Below, piece by piece: positions 38,585-48,183 of a DNA stretch of 64,000 nucleotides. The stretch covers positions 7,691-71,690 of the IMG/VR virus record IMGVR_UViG_3300038696_000126. One strand, given 5' to 3'. The position numbers and the translations under genes are program-made. How positions within the stretch are numbered: position 1 is the first letter of the stretch; every line of letters begins with the position of its first letter. Origin of the DNA: a virus. Below the pieces are notes generated by a model that saw nothing but the letters and a program-made list of their open reading frames with translations, was not told the DNA's origin and ran no database searches.

Positions 38585-38777
38585 TAAAAACAAAAGAGCG
38601 TTGGCAAAAAAATATTTTAATTATGGTTAGACAAACAAAAATGATTGAATTAGGCACGAACCTAAGCTATGCACTATACCACGTGTTAGCAAATCGTTTT
38701 AATGTTTGCTAACACAAGAATAAACACTGTGCTTTTTGCATTGTGTTTTATTTAATGTTATGCTAATCAAATCAAAT

Positions 38778-39245
38778 ATGAAAAAAACACCAAGAAAAAA
38801 AAGGTTTACAGGTAAAAAGAAAATCAACGCTAGGAAAATAGTGTATGACGGTATTCAGTTTCAAAGTTTACTAGAGCGTGATTTCTACAAAAAGATTAAG
38901 CTTTTTAACCTACCTCTACTATACGAACCTAAGACCTATGAGGTTTTACCCGCAATGAAAGCACCCGAAACGTTTAGGAACTTTAAAACGTGGGGTACTA
39001 AGTTTTTAGAGCGGTCTTCTAATACTCAGAATATGAAGTACACACCTGACTTCGTTTACGAGGGTGATAAGCATTATATTTACGTTGAAAATAAAGGTAG
39101 GCCAAATGAAAGCTATCCTTTGCGTAAAAAGCTATTCTTTGTGTATCTTAGCAAAATCAAAAATAGAGAGGTTTGGTTCTTCGAGCCTAAAAATCAAGTT
39201 CAAAATTCAATCGTAATTGAAAAGATAAAAGAAATACTTACATGA
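38778..39245 (+). CDS. PD-(D/E)XK nuclease (DUF1064 / endonuclease I-like)
   Basis: DGIQFQSLLE...YTPDF...VENKG. Confidence 0.7.
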   Translation: MKKTPRKKRFTGKKKINARKIVYDGIQFQSLLERDFYKKIKLFNLPLLYEPKTYEVLPAMKAPETFRNFKTWGTKFLERSSNTQNMKYTPDFVYEGDKHYIYVENKGRPNESYPLRKKLFFVYLSKIKNREVWFFEPKNQVQNSIVIEKIKEILT

Positions 39246-39646
39246 GAAAAAAAGGTGATAAGGTTTGCCCTAAGTGGGTAACATCGTTTAGCAACGATAA
39301 CAAAAAATCTATTGAAGCTAAACAGTGTTTGGATTTTATAGATGCTCTTGAATTATATTTTACTGGAGCATCTTATGACAGCAAAGAATATAATAGCGAA
39401 CCCGAGGAACATGACAGCATAGAGCCAAAGCATTATCTTTCTGAAATATTTGATGGTGCTGAACTAAAAGATATAATGGTAGAAACTCACGGTGTAATGG
39501 AAACAAAAGCTTTCTTTAAGCTTAGTGCGTTTAAGTACCGATTAAGAGCGGGCAAGAAACCTAATCAAGATATTAAGCAGGATATTGAGAAAGCCCTTCG
39601 CTGCGAAATGATAGCAACTGAATTAAAAGGAAAAATACATGAGTAA
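39242..39646 (+). CDS. DUF3310-like protein
   Basis: IEPKHY...AFKYRLRAGKK...DIEKA. Confidence 0.7.
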   Translation: MRKKGDKVCPKWVTSFSNDNKKSIEAKQCLDFIDALELYFTGASYDSKEYNSEPEEHDSIEPKHYLSEIFDGAELKDIMVETHGVMETKAFFKLSAFKYRLRAGKKPNQDIKQDIEKALRCEMIATELKGKIHE

Positions 39647-39911
39647 CGAAAACTACCTAAACGCCAACCCTGATTGGCGTTATTTTTTAGATAAAGATGT
39701 TAGGGTTAAGATAGATGCGGTTTTAAGGAAAACTGTAATACTACACTCTCAGGTTGGTACTAATCAGTTACCAGTTGGCATAAAAGAGTTGAGCATAAAA
39801 GAGCAGCGTAAGTTCGTTGATAAAGAGGAGTTAAGAATGCTTAAAGAAATAGAAGGGGTAGACCCTGAGTTTGTAGGTAATTTATTAGAAAAAATGGGAG
39901 AAATTAATTAG
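39639..39911 (+). CDS. hypothetical protein
   Basis: Overlapping operon ORF. Confidence 0.7.
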   Translation: MSNENYLNANPDWRYFLDKDVRVKIDAVLRKTVILHSQVGTNQLPVGIKELSIKEQRKFVDKEELRMLKEIEGVDPEFVGNLLEKMGEIN

Positions 39912-40051
39912 TATGGAACAGAACTTTTATTGCAACGATGAAGCGGCTGAAACTCCTAAAGAGGAGAAACCTAAACCCGAAAGACCACCAACTTGCGCTT
40001 GCAAAGGAATGACTGAATGCTTATGTTAATTTACAACTAAATATAATAATT

Positions 40052-41182
40052 TTGGGACGGAATAAAAAATACACCATTTTACCTAGCATAGCTAAAGAGC
40101 TTGGTATAAAGAATTTAAACCACTATAATAGATATAGATTAAGCCCACAAAAAGCAAAAGAACTTGCTGATTTAGAGAAAAGTAAAGTTTCGGTTGTAGA
40201 TGAAACCCTGCATAGAGGAAACTTAAAAGACAATAGTTGGAAAGTCGCTTGGGTAAAAGAAGATGGCGTATCAGTTTTAGTTAAAAACCCTGACTTTAAG
40301 GAAGCAACGGTTGACTACGATACGCTTAGGGAAGATATGGTTTCTGAGATGGGGGAACTATCGCCCGTTGTTAAGCTATACAAAAGAAAACCCATCAAAG
40401 ACCCGCATTGCTTAGTTTTAGATATTGCTGACCTACATATAGGTAAGCTAGCAACCGCTAATGGTACGGGAACTTTCTATAATCTAGATTTAGCAATTGA
40501 ACGCGCGATAGTAGGGTCGGAGTCTTTAATAGACAAATCAAAACCTTACAATATTGATAAGGTGTTCTTTATCATTGGGAACGACATATTACATACCGAC
40601 AACACCACAGGCAGCACAACAAAGGGAACGAGCCAAGATACGGACGGTATGTGGTATGATAATTTTAAAATTGCACGAGTAGTTTATGCTCAGATAATAC
40701 AGCGGCTATCTAGCATTGCTCCTGTTCACGTTATGCATTGCCCATCTAACCATGACTACATGACGGGGTTTATGCTTGCAGATGCTATTTCATGCTATTT
40801 CCACAATAACAAGAACGTTACGTTTGATGTAACTAATCAACACAGGAAATACATTTCTTACGGGAGTAACCTCCTTATGTTTAGTCATGGGAACACTGCG
40901 AAAATGGATAAGATGCCTTATTTAGCCGCTCACGAAAAGCCTCAGATGTGGGCCGATACGATTTATAGATACTGCTACTTACATCATCTCCACCACAAGC
41001 AGTATCATAAGTTTCTAAGCGGTGCTGATTTTATAGGTATGACCGTTGAGTATTTAAGAAGCCCAAGTGAAAGCGATAATTGGCACTCGTCTCACGGATA
41101 TACTGGTGCTAAAGTAGCTATTGAGGCTTTTATACACCACCCTTCTCAAGGGCAGGTTAGTCGGTTAAGTCATAACTTCTAG
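40052..41182 (+). CDS. Calcineurin-like metallophosphoesterase
   Basis: DLHIG, GNDILH, SNHD, SHG, HHLH motifs. Confidence 0.85.
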   Translation: MGRNKKYTILPSIAKELGIKNLNHYNRYRLSPQKAKELADLEKSKVSVVDETLHRGNLKDNSWKVAWVKEDGVSVLVKNPDFKEATVDYDTLREDMVSEMGELSPVVKLYKRKPIKDPHCLVLDIADLHIGKLATANGTGTFYNLDLAIERAIVGSESLIDKSKPYNIDKVFFIIGNDILHTDNTTGSTTKGTSQDTDGMWYDNFKIARVVYAQIIQRLSSIAPVHVMHCPSNHDYMTGFMLADAISCYFHNNKNVTFDVTNQHRKYISYGSNLLMFSHGNTAKMDKMPYLAAHEKPQMWADTIYRYCYLHHLHHKQYHKFLSGADFIGMTVEYLRSPSESDNWHSSHGYTGAKVAIEAFIHHPSQGQVSRLSHNF

Positions 41183-41252
41183 TAATGCGAAAGATATGCT
41201 TTGGTAGCTTTAAGATGCAATGCGGGTGGCAGTATTATAAACCGTTAAGAAG

Positions 41253-41486
41253 ATGCGCATACCCTCTGAAAAGCGGCCAAGCTACCCGTATGAGTTTAGG
41301 GAGATATACGTAGAGGGTGAGGAAGATGAGGCTTGGGATAAGGTTGTAAAAGATAAGTTTCACCAAACCGATAACAAGCGCATCTATGTAGTTAAGAAAA
41401 CTTTAACGAAAATAAAAGATATTGGTCTTAGTCAAGTTGATAGAGATGGTAATATTTTAAAGAAAGACAATCATACGCTACAATAA
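41253..41486 (+). CDS. hypothetical protein
   Basis: 77 aa ORF; start uncertain. Confidence 0.55.
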   Translation: MRIPSEKRPSYPYEFREIYVEGEEDEAWDKVVKDKFHQTDNKRIYVVKKTLTKIKDIGLSQVDRDGNILKKDNHTLQ

Positions 41487-41563
41487 ACTTCAATTTAAGC
41501 ACAAAATAAAAAAGGGAAGGGGAAAACTTTTTAGAGTACCCAATAAATTAAATTACACACAAA

Positions 41564-41782
41564 ATGGACAATTCATTTTATGACCGATTACTTGTTGAGG
41601 CACAAGAGTTGGCAACAAAAACAAATGCTTTAGATGATTTTATGAGAACGAAAAACTTTGTTGCCCTTGATAGGGAAAATAAAGATTTGCTTTACAAACA
41701 ATCAAGATTGATGAACGAATATTTACAAATACTTGGACAAAGATTAGAATTGCTTGGGGGTAAATTCTCTTTTAAAAAGTAG
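41564..41782 (+). CDS. crAss001_48-like small helical protein
   Basis: RLLVEAQEL...L.DF...LLYKQ..LM.EYLQIL.QR pattern. Confidence 0.6.
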   Translation: MDNSFYDRLLVEAQELATKTNALDDFMRTKNFVALDRENKDLLYKQSRLMNEYLQILGQRLELLGGKFSFKK

Positions 41783-41893
41783 TTCGTAAATTGTGATAGC
41801 GGGCTTTTTCTTTTTTATTATTGGAATAAACTTTAATTTTAAGATGGAATTAGCCCATTACACACAACGGTTTGAATATAATATGTTAAAACA

Positions 41894-42220
41894 ATGAAAA
41901 AAGTAAAGGATATAGTTTACAAAGTTTTGTGCAAGCCTCTTTTGCTTCACAGTTTTTATAAGTACGGTATTCCTTACTGCTATTTATCAAGAACTATAGG
42001 GATTGATGGTAAATCAATATACTGCATTGTGTGGTATTTTAACAGCAATGGTGCTGAGCGAGGAAAGGTTAAATACACCCTTAAAAACCAAGAGTTAAAG
42101 CGCAACTACTCAAACCAAAGATACTTAGGTCATAAAATGTCAATTTACTTTTCCTACCGCCAACTCTTTAGGCTTTTTCAAAAGAATAAATTAAGAAAGG
42201 CTAACGCCAATATTGCGTAA
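41894..42220 (+). CDS. hypothetical protein
   Basis: 108 aa ORF. Confidence 0.45.
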   Translation: MKKVKDIVYKVLCKPLLLHSFYKYGIPYCYLSRTIGIDGKSIYCIVWYFNSNGAERGKVKYTLKNQELKRNYSNQRYLGHKMSIYFSYRQLFRLFQKNKLRKANANIA

Positions 42221-42229
42221 CTTTGCAGT

Positions 42230-42955
42230 ATGGCTTCAATTGATTACATTCGCTCTGTAACCCGTAATATCTTAGATAAAGACGGTCATGGTTGGATAGG
42301 AGACAATAAGTTTAATAACATTATCTCTAACGTGCAAGACGAGGTGTTTAACGACATCTACACCATGTACACTCAAGCATTATCTAATAGACGTAGACTC
42401 CTAGAATATGGTGGTTTTCGCTATTCGGGGATAGGGCAAATACAAGATGACCTAAGACCGATGTATCGCTCAGGCGTTGTGCTAACACAAACGGCTAATA
42501 ATAACTTTGCCTATCCTGATGACTATCGGTATAAGATTGGTTTAAGTTACGCTAATAAAGATGTAGATATTCTAAACGACAATGATAATGTCAATTCTAT
42601 ATTAAATAGTTCAGGTGCGCCAACCGATAGATACCCTGCGGCTAGGTTAAACTACAATGTAGTTACAATGTACCCAACTACAATACAAGCAAGTGTTTCT
42701 TTAGATTACTACAAAAACCCTAGAGGTGTGAACGCTTCGGGTACACCTGTTAATCAATCTCCAACTTGGGCCTATAACGTAGTTAGCGGTAAAAGTATTT
42801 ATAACGCTAGCAACTCTATTCAATTAGAATTACCCGAAAGCGCCTACAACAAAGTGATTGTTCGTTTACTTAGCAGGTACGGTATAAACTTACGCGAAGA
42901 TCAATTAGTGCAGTACGCAGACCGCGAGGAACTTAAAAATCAAAGTCAAGGATAA
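42230..42955 (+). CDS. Head-tail adaptor / tail ring protein
   Basis: 241 aa; LDYYKNP..PTWAY, ELPES, YGINLRE; promoter TAACTTTG ends 4 bp before the ATG (leaderless-like). Confidence 0.6.
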   Translation: MASIDYIRSVTRNILDKDGHGWIGDNKFNNIISNVQDEVFNDIYTMYTQALSNRRRLLEYGGFRYSGIGQIQDDLRPMYRSGVVLTQTANNNFAYPDDYRYKIGLSYANKDVDILNDNDNVNSILNSSGAPTDRYPAARLNYNVVTMYPTTIQASVSLDYYKNPRGVNASGTPVNQSPTWAYNVVSGKSIYNASNSIQLELPESAYNKVIVRLLSRYGINLREDQLVQYADREELKNQSQG

Positions 42956-43767
42956 TGGCTAGAAATAGGATACGATTAGAGGAGGTGGTGAATAACTACA
43001 TGGCGAGAAGAGATGAGGACGATACTGACAAGTATGTATCACGCCCTAAGATGATAAGTATTGCTAAATCCTTATTAAGGGATATTTCTTACAGTGGTAG
43101 TTTTGCTTACCGCGCTATTCGGCTTGATATAAACACAGCAACTCAAACCGTAGAATTACCTAACGACTTTATAAAGATAAGTTTTGTTGGTGTTTTTGAT
43201 GAAGGTACGGGTACGGTAGTGCCTTTAGGAACTAAACAGGAAATTAATATAGCGGGTGATATATTAAGAGACAACAATAGCGATGCCTTGTTAGATAGTG
43301 ATGGTGTTGAGTTATTGTCAGAAGTTATTAGAGCAACAACAGCCCAGCAAGATGATTTTTACACCGAACCTTATTTTAACAGGTATTACAATAATTTTAG
43401 CTTAGGTGGTCAGTACGGTCAGGGTGGTGGTAACAATGTGTTTGGCTATTATAGATTTAACGAACCTGATAACCGATTAGAGCTTGATTTAACAACATCA
43501 ACTGATAAAATAGTCCTAGAGTATCAAGCAGACGTTTCAATCATGGAGAACCCCTTGCTAGACCCTGTATTTGAAGGTGTAATACATGAGGGAATGTATT
43601 GGAAGGCAATTAACCATAAGGCTAATGTACCTGCCAATGCAAAGTTTGATGCTAGAAGAGAATATTACAGGTTACTTAAAAATGCCATTTCTATCTCTAG
43701 GCAGAATACAAAACAAGAATACTTGCAGCAATTCAGAAAGAATACGCAAGCAACCCCTAAGTATTAA
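42955..43767 (+). CDS. Tail tubular / ring structural protein
   Basis: 270 aa; VELPNDFIKIS, IVLEY; coupled to the previous gene. Confidence 0.6.
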   Translation: MARNRIRLEEVVNNYMARRDEDDTDKYVSRPKMISIAKSLLRDISYSGSFAYRAIRLDINTATQTVELPNDFIKISFVGVFDEGTGTVVPLGTKQEINIAGDILRDNNSDALLDSDGVELLSEVIRATTAQQDDFYTEPYFNRYYNNFSLGGQYGQGGGNNVFGYYRFNEPDNRLELDLTTSTDKIVLEYQADVSIMENPLLDPVFEGVIHEGMYWKAINHKANVPANAKFDARREYYRLLKNAISISRQNTKQEYLQQFRKNTQATPKY

Positions 43768-43912
43768 TTTTTAGATAAAAACCACTTTAAGAGGGATAGC
43801 TTTGCTTTCATTATTGATAAGTGGGCTTTGTACTCAGGTGCTTCACTATCATTCATTTCTTTAATAGCAAATTCAAGGTGAGATATGAATCTTATTACTT
43901 CTTTGTTGCTTC

Positions 43913-44191
43913 TCATATTATTGCGTAGGTATCGCTTTCGTGCATAATTAGATATTCTTTTCCGTCATGCTTAATTTCAGTACCGCCTTGCTTGCTGTAC
44001 AGTATTACATCACCAACGGCTATCGTCATAGGCTCGTTATGCCTCCCCTTACCAACTGCTATAACCAAACCACTTAGAGGTTTTTCTTGTGCTGTGTCAG
44101 GTATGATAATCCCACCCTTTGTTTTGGTTTCGTTAGCTATTGGCTCTACAAGTATTCTGTCAGCTATCAGTTGTATTTTTACACTACTCAT
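43913..44191 (-). CDS. groES: Co-chaperonin GroES
   Basis: DRILVEP...KTKGGIIIPDTAQEKP..G.VIAVG.G...VGDVILYSK.GGTEIK.DG.EYLIMHESD. Confidence 0.95.
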   Translation of the reverse strand: MSSVKIQLIADRILVEPIANETKTKGGIIIPDTAQEKPLSGLVIAVGKGRHNEPMTIAVGDVILYSKQGGTEIKHDGKEYLIMHESDTYAII

Positions 44192-44201
44192 AATTGTTTA
44201 T

Positions 44202-44507
44202 TTAAAAGTCAATATTATATTCTACATCTAGGTTTGGCTCACCACCGTAATTCTTCCACTTAACAATAGTCTGCTCTTCAACGATTTCAACGTAAGTATC
44301 ATACCGCATTAAACCTGCCTTATCTAATAAGTCTTGCCTAAATACAATCTCCACGACTTTTAAAGCATCGCGCTTACCGTTTGAACTAAAGTGTTGCCCA
44401 ACTTGAATACTAAAGGGGTTGGGTCTTTCAGCAGTAGGTTTGTAATACAACCTTCTTATCTGCTCAGTATCTTCTTCTTCTTTTTTGCTTGTATTGAATA
44501 GTCCCAT
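44202..44507 (-). CDS. hypothetical protein
   Basis: 101 aa ORF behind a TATCTTTG promoter at 44527. Confidence 0.7.
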   Translation of the reverse strand: MGLFNTSKKEEEDTEQIRRLYYKPTAERPNPFSIQVGQHFSSNGKRDALKVVEIVFRQDLLDKAGLMRYDTYVEIVEEQTIVKWKNYGGEPNLDVEYNIDF

Positions 44508-44540
44508 GTTATAATTTTAATTACAACAAAGATAAGGGAT

Positions 44541-45236
44541 TTAGGTTAACTTTTCAATGTCAAGAAAAGTACCAACTGATACAGCGACAGTTCCGCTAGT
44601 GGCCGCGTAGGTTAGCTTTATCTCATCATCTGCCGTGGTAGTTGTGTGAACAGTACTAAAAGTAACTATGGTAACTGCACCACCCGTTGATGTGGGGTTT
44701 GGAACTAGCAATGTAGCTAGTGTAGCTGCCTCGGATAGTATGTTTAAAGTTATTACAGAGTCAGTCTCGGTAAAAGTTAGTTTAACACTGGCGGTTATCT
44801 TAACCACTGCACCTGCTCCCGCAACTTCAATAGCATTAGAAGTACCATTAATAACCATATCGGTACTTAATGATATACTAGCGGTAGCACCTGCTCCCAC
44901 CTCAGAAAAAGTAAGGGGGCTAACTTGTGTGCTTGCTGTTCTAGCTATAAACCTATTTTGAAGTGATGCAGCAAATACTTGAGGATTAAACTGCCGAGTA
45001 AGCACACTACCGTCAGAAGCTCTAACTAAAGCAATAATATCAGTGGTTGATGCAGCGGGTGTTTTTAATACAAGCTTGTTTGCAAACACCTTTGTTGAGG
45101 ACAAACCCAACCCTGTGTCATTACCCGCACCATCTGTAATTTGACGTTCGGCCGTATCAATAACAGCGTTATCAGTAGTTTTTACTAAACCACTAAAATT
45201 AGTTGAGGGTTTTGCCCCTGCTAAACTATCTCCCAT
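44541..45236 (-). CDS. Putative virion structural / fibre protein
   Basis: Thr/Ala-rich, beta-rich C-terminus. Confidence 0.55.
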   Translation of the reverse strand: MGDSLAGAKPSTNFSGLVKTTDNAVIDTAERQITDGAGNDTGLGLSSTKVFANKLVLKTPAASTTDIIALVRASDGSVLTRQFNPQVFAASLQNRFIARTASTQVSPLTFSEVGAGATASISLSTDMVINGTSNAIEVAGAGAVVKITASVKLTFTETDSVITLNILSEAATLATLLVPNPTSTGGAVTIVTFSTVHTTTTADDEIKLTYAATSGTVAVSVGTFLDIEKLT

Positions 45237-45787
45237 TATAATTCAGGTTCTACATATCCACCACCTAGTATCAACTCAGCAACACCGCCCGAAACAACTA
45301 ACTCCCGTATATCATCTCTACCCGAATAACCTGCCGTATAACCTACCTTAGATGCAGCCGCGCCAAAATTGTCCCCACGCACTATTGTAGTTATAGTCAA
45401 ATCCGACCTAACTCTAATTCCAGATACTTTAGGAGTTTTAATTGATGCGTATGCTTTAGTTGGTGTTTCGGTTGTTCCATTTACACCTTGGTTAGATACC
45501 GTTACCGTGTCAGCACCGTCATCTACACTGGTAATAATCTTAATACCGTTGTTTGCAGAAGTGGGGCAATTACTAACCGTTATTCTAGCACCATTAACTA
45601 TCTCTGATAAATCAGGGCTATTTGATAATTCGTAAACTATATTCCCCGAAGAGTCAGCAGTAACCTCAGCTATCGAGGTTCTTGATAACTTTCCTGTATA
45701 GAAAGGTTTGTTTGAATCCACTGTAAATATACCGAACCTAGCGCCTTCCGCTTGATACGCACTCGATGCTTCTGCTAGTGATGCCAT
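45236..45787 (-). CDS. Putative virion structural protein
   Basis: 183 aa, behind the structural-class promoter at 45808. Confidence 0.55.
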   Translation of the reverse strand: MASLAEASSAYQAEGARFGIFTVDSNKPFYTGKLSRTSIAEVTADSSGNIVYELSNSPDLSEIVNGARITVSNCPTSANNGIKIITSVDDGADTVTVSNQGVNGTTETPTKAYASIKTPKVSGIRVRSDLTITTIVRGDNFGAAASKVGYTAGYSGRDDIRELVVSGGVAELILGGGYVEPEL

Positions 45788-46124
45788 AGTATTATTAGTT
45801 GTTCCTGCAAAGTTACGAAACTTAACAATACCTTAACATTAGCTCTAGCAATTGAATGGTATTTTACCTATGTTTGCAGTGTAAAATATAAGTAATGATA
45901 GAAAATCCAGAGGAAATACACAAAATTGCAGGGCAGGTTATAATTGCTCTAGGCTTAGTCTTAATAGCTATTGCTATATTAGTAAGTGTTTTAGTGTATA
46001 ATTGGCTACCCTAGCGGTTTGGCTAAGATTAGTAGCCTAAGAAATGAACTAATCAATTAAAAAACTAAGCATCATAAGGCTATTAATTTTAGCTTTTGTT
46101 AGGGTGCGTTAATAATTGTTAAAA

Positions 46125-46376
46125 ATGAACACATTAGTCTCAATTAGAACAAACATTATTTACAGCAAAGAAGTAACAGGCAAAGAAAAATACAACCGTA
46201 ACCAAGAATTAATACTGCTTGTCGATAAGCCTAAATACACCTACTCAAATGAGGGTGAAATAGTAAGAGAAAGAGGGCTTGAAGAATTAAGATTTACAGT
46301 AAGCGAAAAAGGCTTTGAGCAACTTATTAAAATGCTTGAAAAAATGAAAGAAGTAGAGCCTGACGAATTAGGGTAA
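46125..46376 (+). CDS. Cassette-borne hypothetical protein
   Basis: ORF filling cassette 46098-46387. Confidence 0.75.
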   Translation: MNTLVSIRTNIIYSKEVTGKEKYNRNQELILLVDKPKYTYSNEGEIVRERGLEELRFTVSEKGFEQLIKMLEKMKEVEPDELG

Positions 46377-46460
46377 TGCACCCTAACGTTTAGTATAAGA
46401 GCCGTTTTTTAATGGCTTTTAAACACTAAATTTTATTAATAATTAAAAACTAAAAGTAAA

Positions 46461-46643
46461 ATGGAAATAACAGTAAATCAGATTCGAGAAAAGCAAAAGC
46501 TACTCGAAAAAGACCTATCTACCAAGCTCAACCAGTTTGAGCGGGAGACTGGAATTAAGGTAACGGGTGATATAAAATGGGGATATACACAAGAAAAAAA
46601 ACAGCATTGGATAAGTTTAAATTACTCTAATCCATTTATGTAA
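46461..46643 (+). CDS. hypothetical protein
   Basis: 60 aa ORF in the array. Confidence 0.65.
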   Translation: MEITVNQIREKQKLLEKDLSTKLNQFERETGIKVTGDIKWGYTQEKKQHWISLNYSNPFM

Positions 46644-46674
46644 TATTTTCCTGACGTTTTTAATATGAATAGTA

Positions 46675-46926
46675 ATGGAAGAAATAAAAGATAAGATTTT
46701 AGAAGAGTACAAAAAAGGAAATATTGTAGTTTCTGGATTTGAAGGCTTACAAGTTATGCCTATAAAGGATTTTATAAAGGAACCAACGGAAGGAATGCTT
46801 TATGACTTAAACAGAAACGAAGCAGTTGTATTAACTTTTTTACCAGACCCTAAGTGGGTAAATGATTATGCAGTTGCTAAAGTTATTGCTGAATTAAAAA
46901 ACAGAATTAAAGAACTTGAAGGTTAG
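46675..46926 (+). CDS. hypothetical protein
   Basis: 83 aa ORF in the array. Confidence 0.7.
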   Translation: MEEIKDKILEEYKKGNIVVSGFEGLQVMPIKDFIKEPTEGMLYDLNRNEAVVLTFLPDPKWVNDYAVAKVIAELKNRIKELEG

Positions 46927-47445
46927 CATTAAATATAATGATTGGGCTATGAATTGAAGCCAAGTAAAAATGTTCAATTCGATTACAAATCTTCATAGGC
47001 TTTTATTTATAGCCTGTGCTATAAAGCGTTTTTATGGAAACTGACAAAGAAAAATTAGAAAGATTAATGGATGATGAATATGACACTATTAAAAAACTAA
47101 AACAAAAGAAGAAAGATATTGATAGGCAAATTGATAACAGTTTTGTAAATTTAGATAAATATGGGGCAAGGTTAAATTCTTTATAACGGCAATAATAAAG
47201 TTAGCACTGGTTGACCTGAAAAGATGGACTACATAGAGTGCCAAAACTCTACAAACCCTATTACGGATGCTAACGCCTTTATTATTTATATTTATTGTTA
47301 TGTGCTTTTTTAATTGCATCATAACGTTTTGTGTATGGCAAGTAGCCGAAGCACGGACGTTAAAATTTAGGACGAACCTTAATAGGCTATTTGCTATACA
47401 CGGTGTTAGCATTAGTACGGGATTTGAAAAACTAAAGATTGATTT

Positions 47446-48066
47446 ATGAAAGTATTAATTACACACGAAGAAAGCCAAACGGTTATGACTGCATTTTTAG
47501 AAGCTGGGCACGATGCTTATAGTTGTGACCTGCTTCCAGCAAGTGGTAAATACCCTGAAAGACATTTACAAATGGATTATTTAAAAGCTATTGAAAAAAT
47601 AAAGCCTGACTTTTTAGGAATGCATCCTGAATGCACAAGGCTAACTGTAGCAGCTAATAAATATTATAAACCTGAATATGCGGAAAGGTTTCCAACTATA
47701 CAACAGGACAGGCTTGAAGCTGTTTCTCATTTCTTTAATTGTGCAATGGCTCTGAACAAAATAGGCAAGGGGTATATAGAAAATCCAATAGGAATAATGA
47801 GCAGACTTTATCGGAAGCCTAACCAAATTATACAGCCTTATCAGTACGGACATACGGAAAGAAAAAGTACTTGTTTATGGCTTGCCGGGCTACTAAAATT
47901 AAAACCAACAAATATAGTTGAGCCTGATATTATAATACATAAAAGCGGTAGAACAGATAGTAGGCTTCATTTTGAAACGCTTAAACTACCAAAAGAAGAA
48001 AGGCGAAAAGCACGAAGCAAAAGCTTTGTTGGTATCGCGAATGCTATGGCTGAACAATGGACGTAG
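47446..48066 (+). CDS. Short phage-type DNA cytosine methyltransferase-like protein
   Basis: MKVLITHEESQ, AYSCDL, HPECT, IENP, QIIQPYQYGH, KSTCLWL, RSKSFVGIA.AMAEQW. Confidence 0.75.
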   Translation: MKVLITHEESQTVMTAFLEAGHDAYSCDLLPASGKYPERHLQMDYLKAIEKIKPDFLGMHPECTRLTVAANKYYKPEYAERFPTIQQDRLEAVSHFFNCAMALNKIGKGYIENPIGIMSRLYRKPNQIIQPYQYGHTERKSTCLWLAGLLKLKPTNIVEPDIIIHKSGRTDSRLHFETLKLPKEERRKARSKSFVGIANAMAEQWT

Positions 48067-48183
48067 TATTAATGCTAACGTATTGTATATGGTTTGAAAG
48101 CCAACTACAAACGCTGATTAAATGAACGAATATTAACATGGCTTTTTAACTATATACGTTGTTAGCCACAGTACATTTTAGAT

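Larger units (their letters stand above)
34492..38762 (+). mobile_element. Integron-like cassette array 5 (7 hairpins)
   Basis: GTT starts at 34564, 36258, 36705, 36971, 37391 and 38685, each matched by a complementary end finishing in AAC at 36212, 36587, 36854, 37272, 37722 and 38713; terminal GTT at 38757. Confidence 0.85.

Noticed and set aside
47089-47449. ORFs 47089-47412 (-) and 47267-47449 (+)
   Set aside because: They run across hairpin sites and an empty cassette, so are likely spurious. The preceding cassette (47018-47187) looks frameshifted or decayed.
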